A stretch of DNA of 64,000 bases, from positions 5,234,345 to 5,298,344 of the forward strand of contig JBNZDD010013730.1 of NCBI GenBank assembly GCA_050575255.1. The letters are read 5' to 3'. The translations under genes were made by a program, and so were the position numbers. Of the stretch, positions 63,101-64,000 are shown one piece after another. The DNA is from Harriotta raleighana. Taxonomy: Eukaryota. Positions within the stretch are counted from its first letter, which is position 1. Each line of letters starts with the position of its first letter. The notes beneath the pieces are model-generated. The model searched no databases and was not told where the DNA came from. It worked only from the letters and a program-made list of their open reading frames with translations.

Positions 63101-64000
63101 TTGCTTTTCAGGGTCATGAGTAATGTTGCTCCTCCATTTACTGTGTTAATAAGTTTCTTTCCACATGACCTGAATTACATTTATAATGTTTTCTAATTTT
63201 ACAATTGAATGCTTCTCATTTTAAAAACATTAAATTGAAGAATGGGCTTCACTTTATACTTCCTGATATATAAAAGACTCTAGGCTCATTGTAAAACACA
63301 AAACAATTCCATCCCTAATTCCCTGAAATACATTTATTGTTTATAAATCCTGTAATGACCTTGTAAGTCTAAAGTCCTTCCAATTATCGTATTTGAAACT
63401 TTTAGTACCAGTTTAAAGTTGTTAGGAAAAATGTGTTTCAGTCTGGGAATTTTTCTTAAAACACCTGTACCCCTTTTCCCATGAAATTTATGCTTTGTTC
63501 AAGGCTAGTAATAACTTTTCATATCAATTGTGGTCATCAGCTCAATTTCCTGACAAGATCCCTTGAGGCAAGCACCGGTCCTAACTCCAGATGTAAATTA
63601 ACTCCCATGGATACTGAGCAGATTGCATGGCTTATTTTGTGGGAACAGAATGAAAGTTACATTCAGAGGACAATTTATTGACGTGCTATTAAACTAACCT
63701 CACGATCTGGATCAGAACAGGAGAAAATTGCAGATGCGGTTTGATTTCCGCAGATTATGGTTGTTTAATCTGTGAGGAATGTTTGTGAGTATCGCGCACA
63801 GGAGATGTGGTGGGAATAAAAGGGAGAGGAGTGATGAAGTTGGTTGGTGTCTGGGGGATGTGGTTGGATTCAAGGGGAAGGCAATTCAGTCGGTTCAAAT
63901 GGTTACATTCATTTGCTCTCATTTCCTCAATGCTGTTATATAATGTCCAGATATGGAGCTCCAATGCAGAAGTCTAGATAAGTCTGCATTCGAACAGAAG

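Noticed and set aside
1-64000. CRISPR array, operon or other prokaryotic system
   Set aside because: Sequence is vertebrate with LINE/SINE content; recurrent motifs are dispersed retroposon tails, not regularly spaced repeats

Overview
AT-rich vertebrate genomic DNA with no recognisable host protein-coding gene, rRNA, true tRNA gene or CRISPR array. It reads as an intergenic region or a large intron. The repeat inventory points to a cartilaginous fish, probably a chimaera (inference from recalled consensus sequences, no database search). It comprises CR1 and L2 LINE 3' fragments, an abundant tRNA-headed SINE with an L2-type tail and (TTA)n end, Deu-domain SINE and LF-SINE-like relics, and Penelope-type palindromic repeats with hammerhead-like cores. 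Nearly all ORFs in the track are chance ORFs or retroelement remnants. Most notable are: a decayed Harbinger-type Myb/SANT coding remnant (~31.2 kb); a 65-bp near-perfect inverted repeat pair around an 822-bp spacer (57.6-58.5 kb); hammerhead-like Penelope palindromes; two LF-SINE-like elements; a hAT MITE nested in a SINE; several old local duplications; and three single-N assembly-overlap artefacts. I found no convincing novel biological system.
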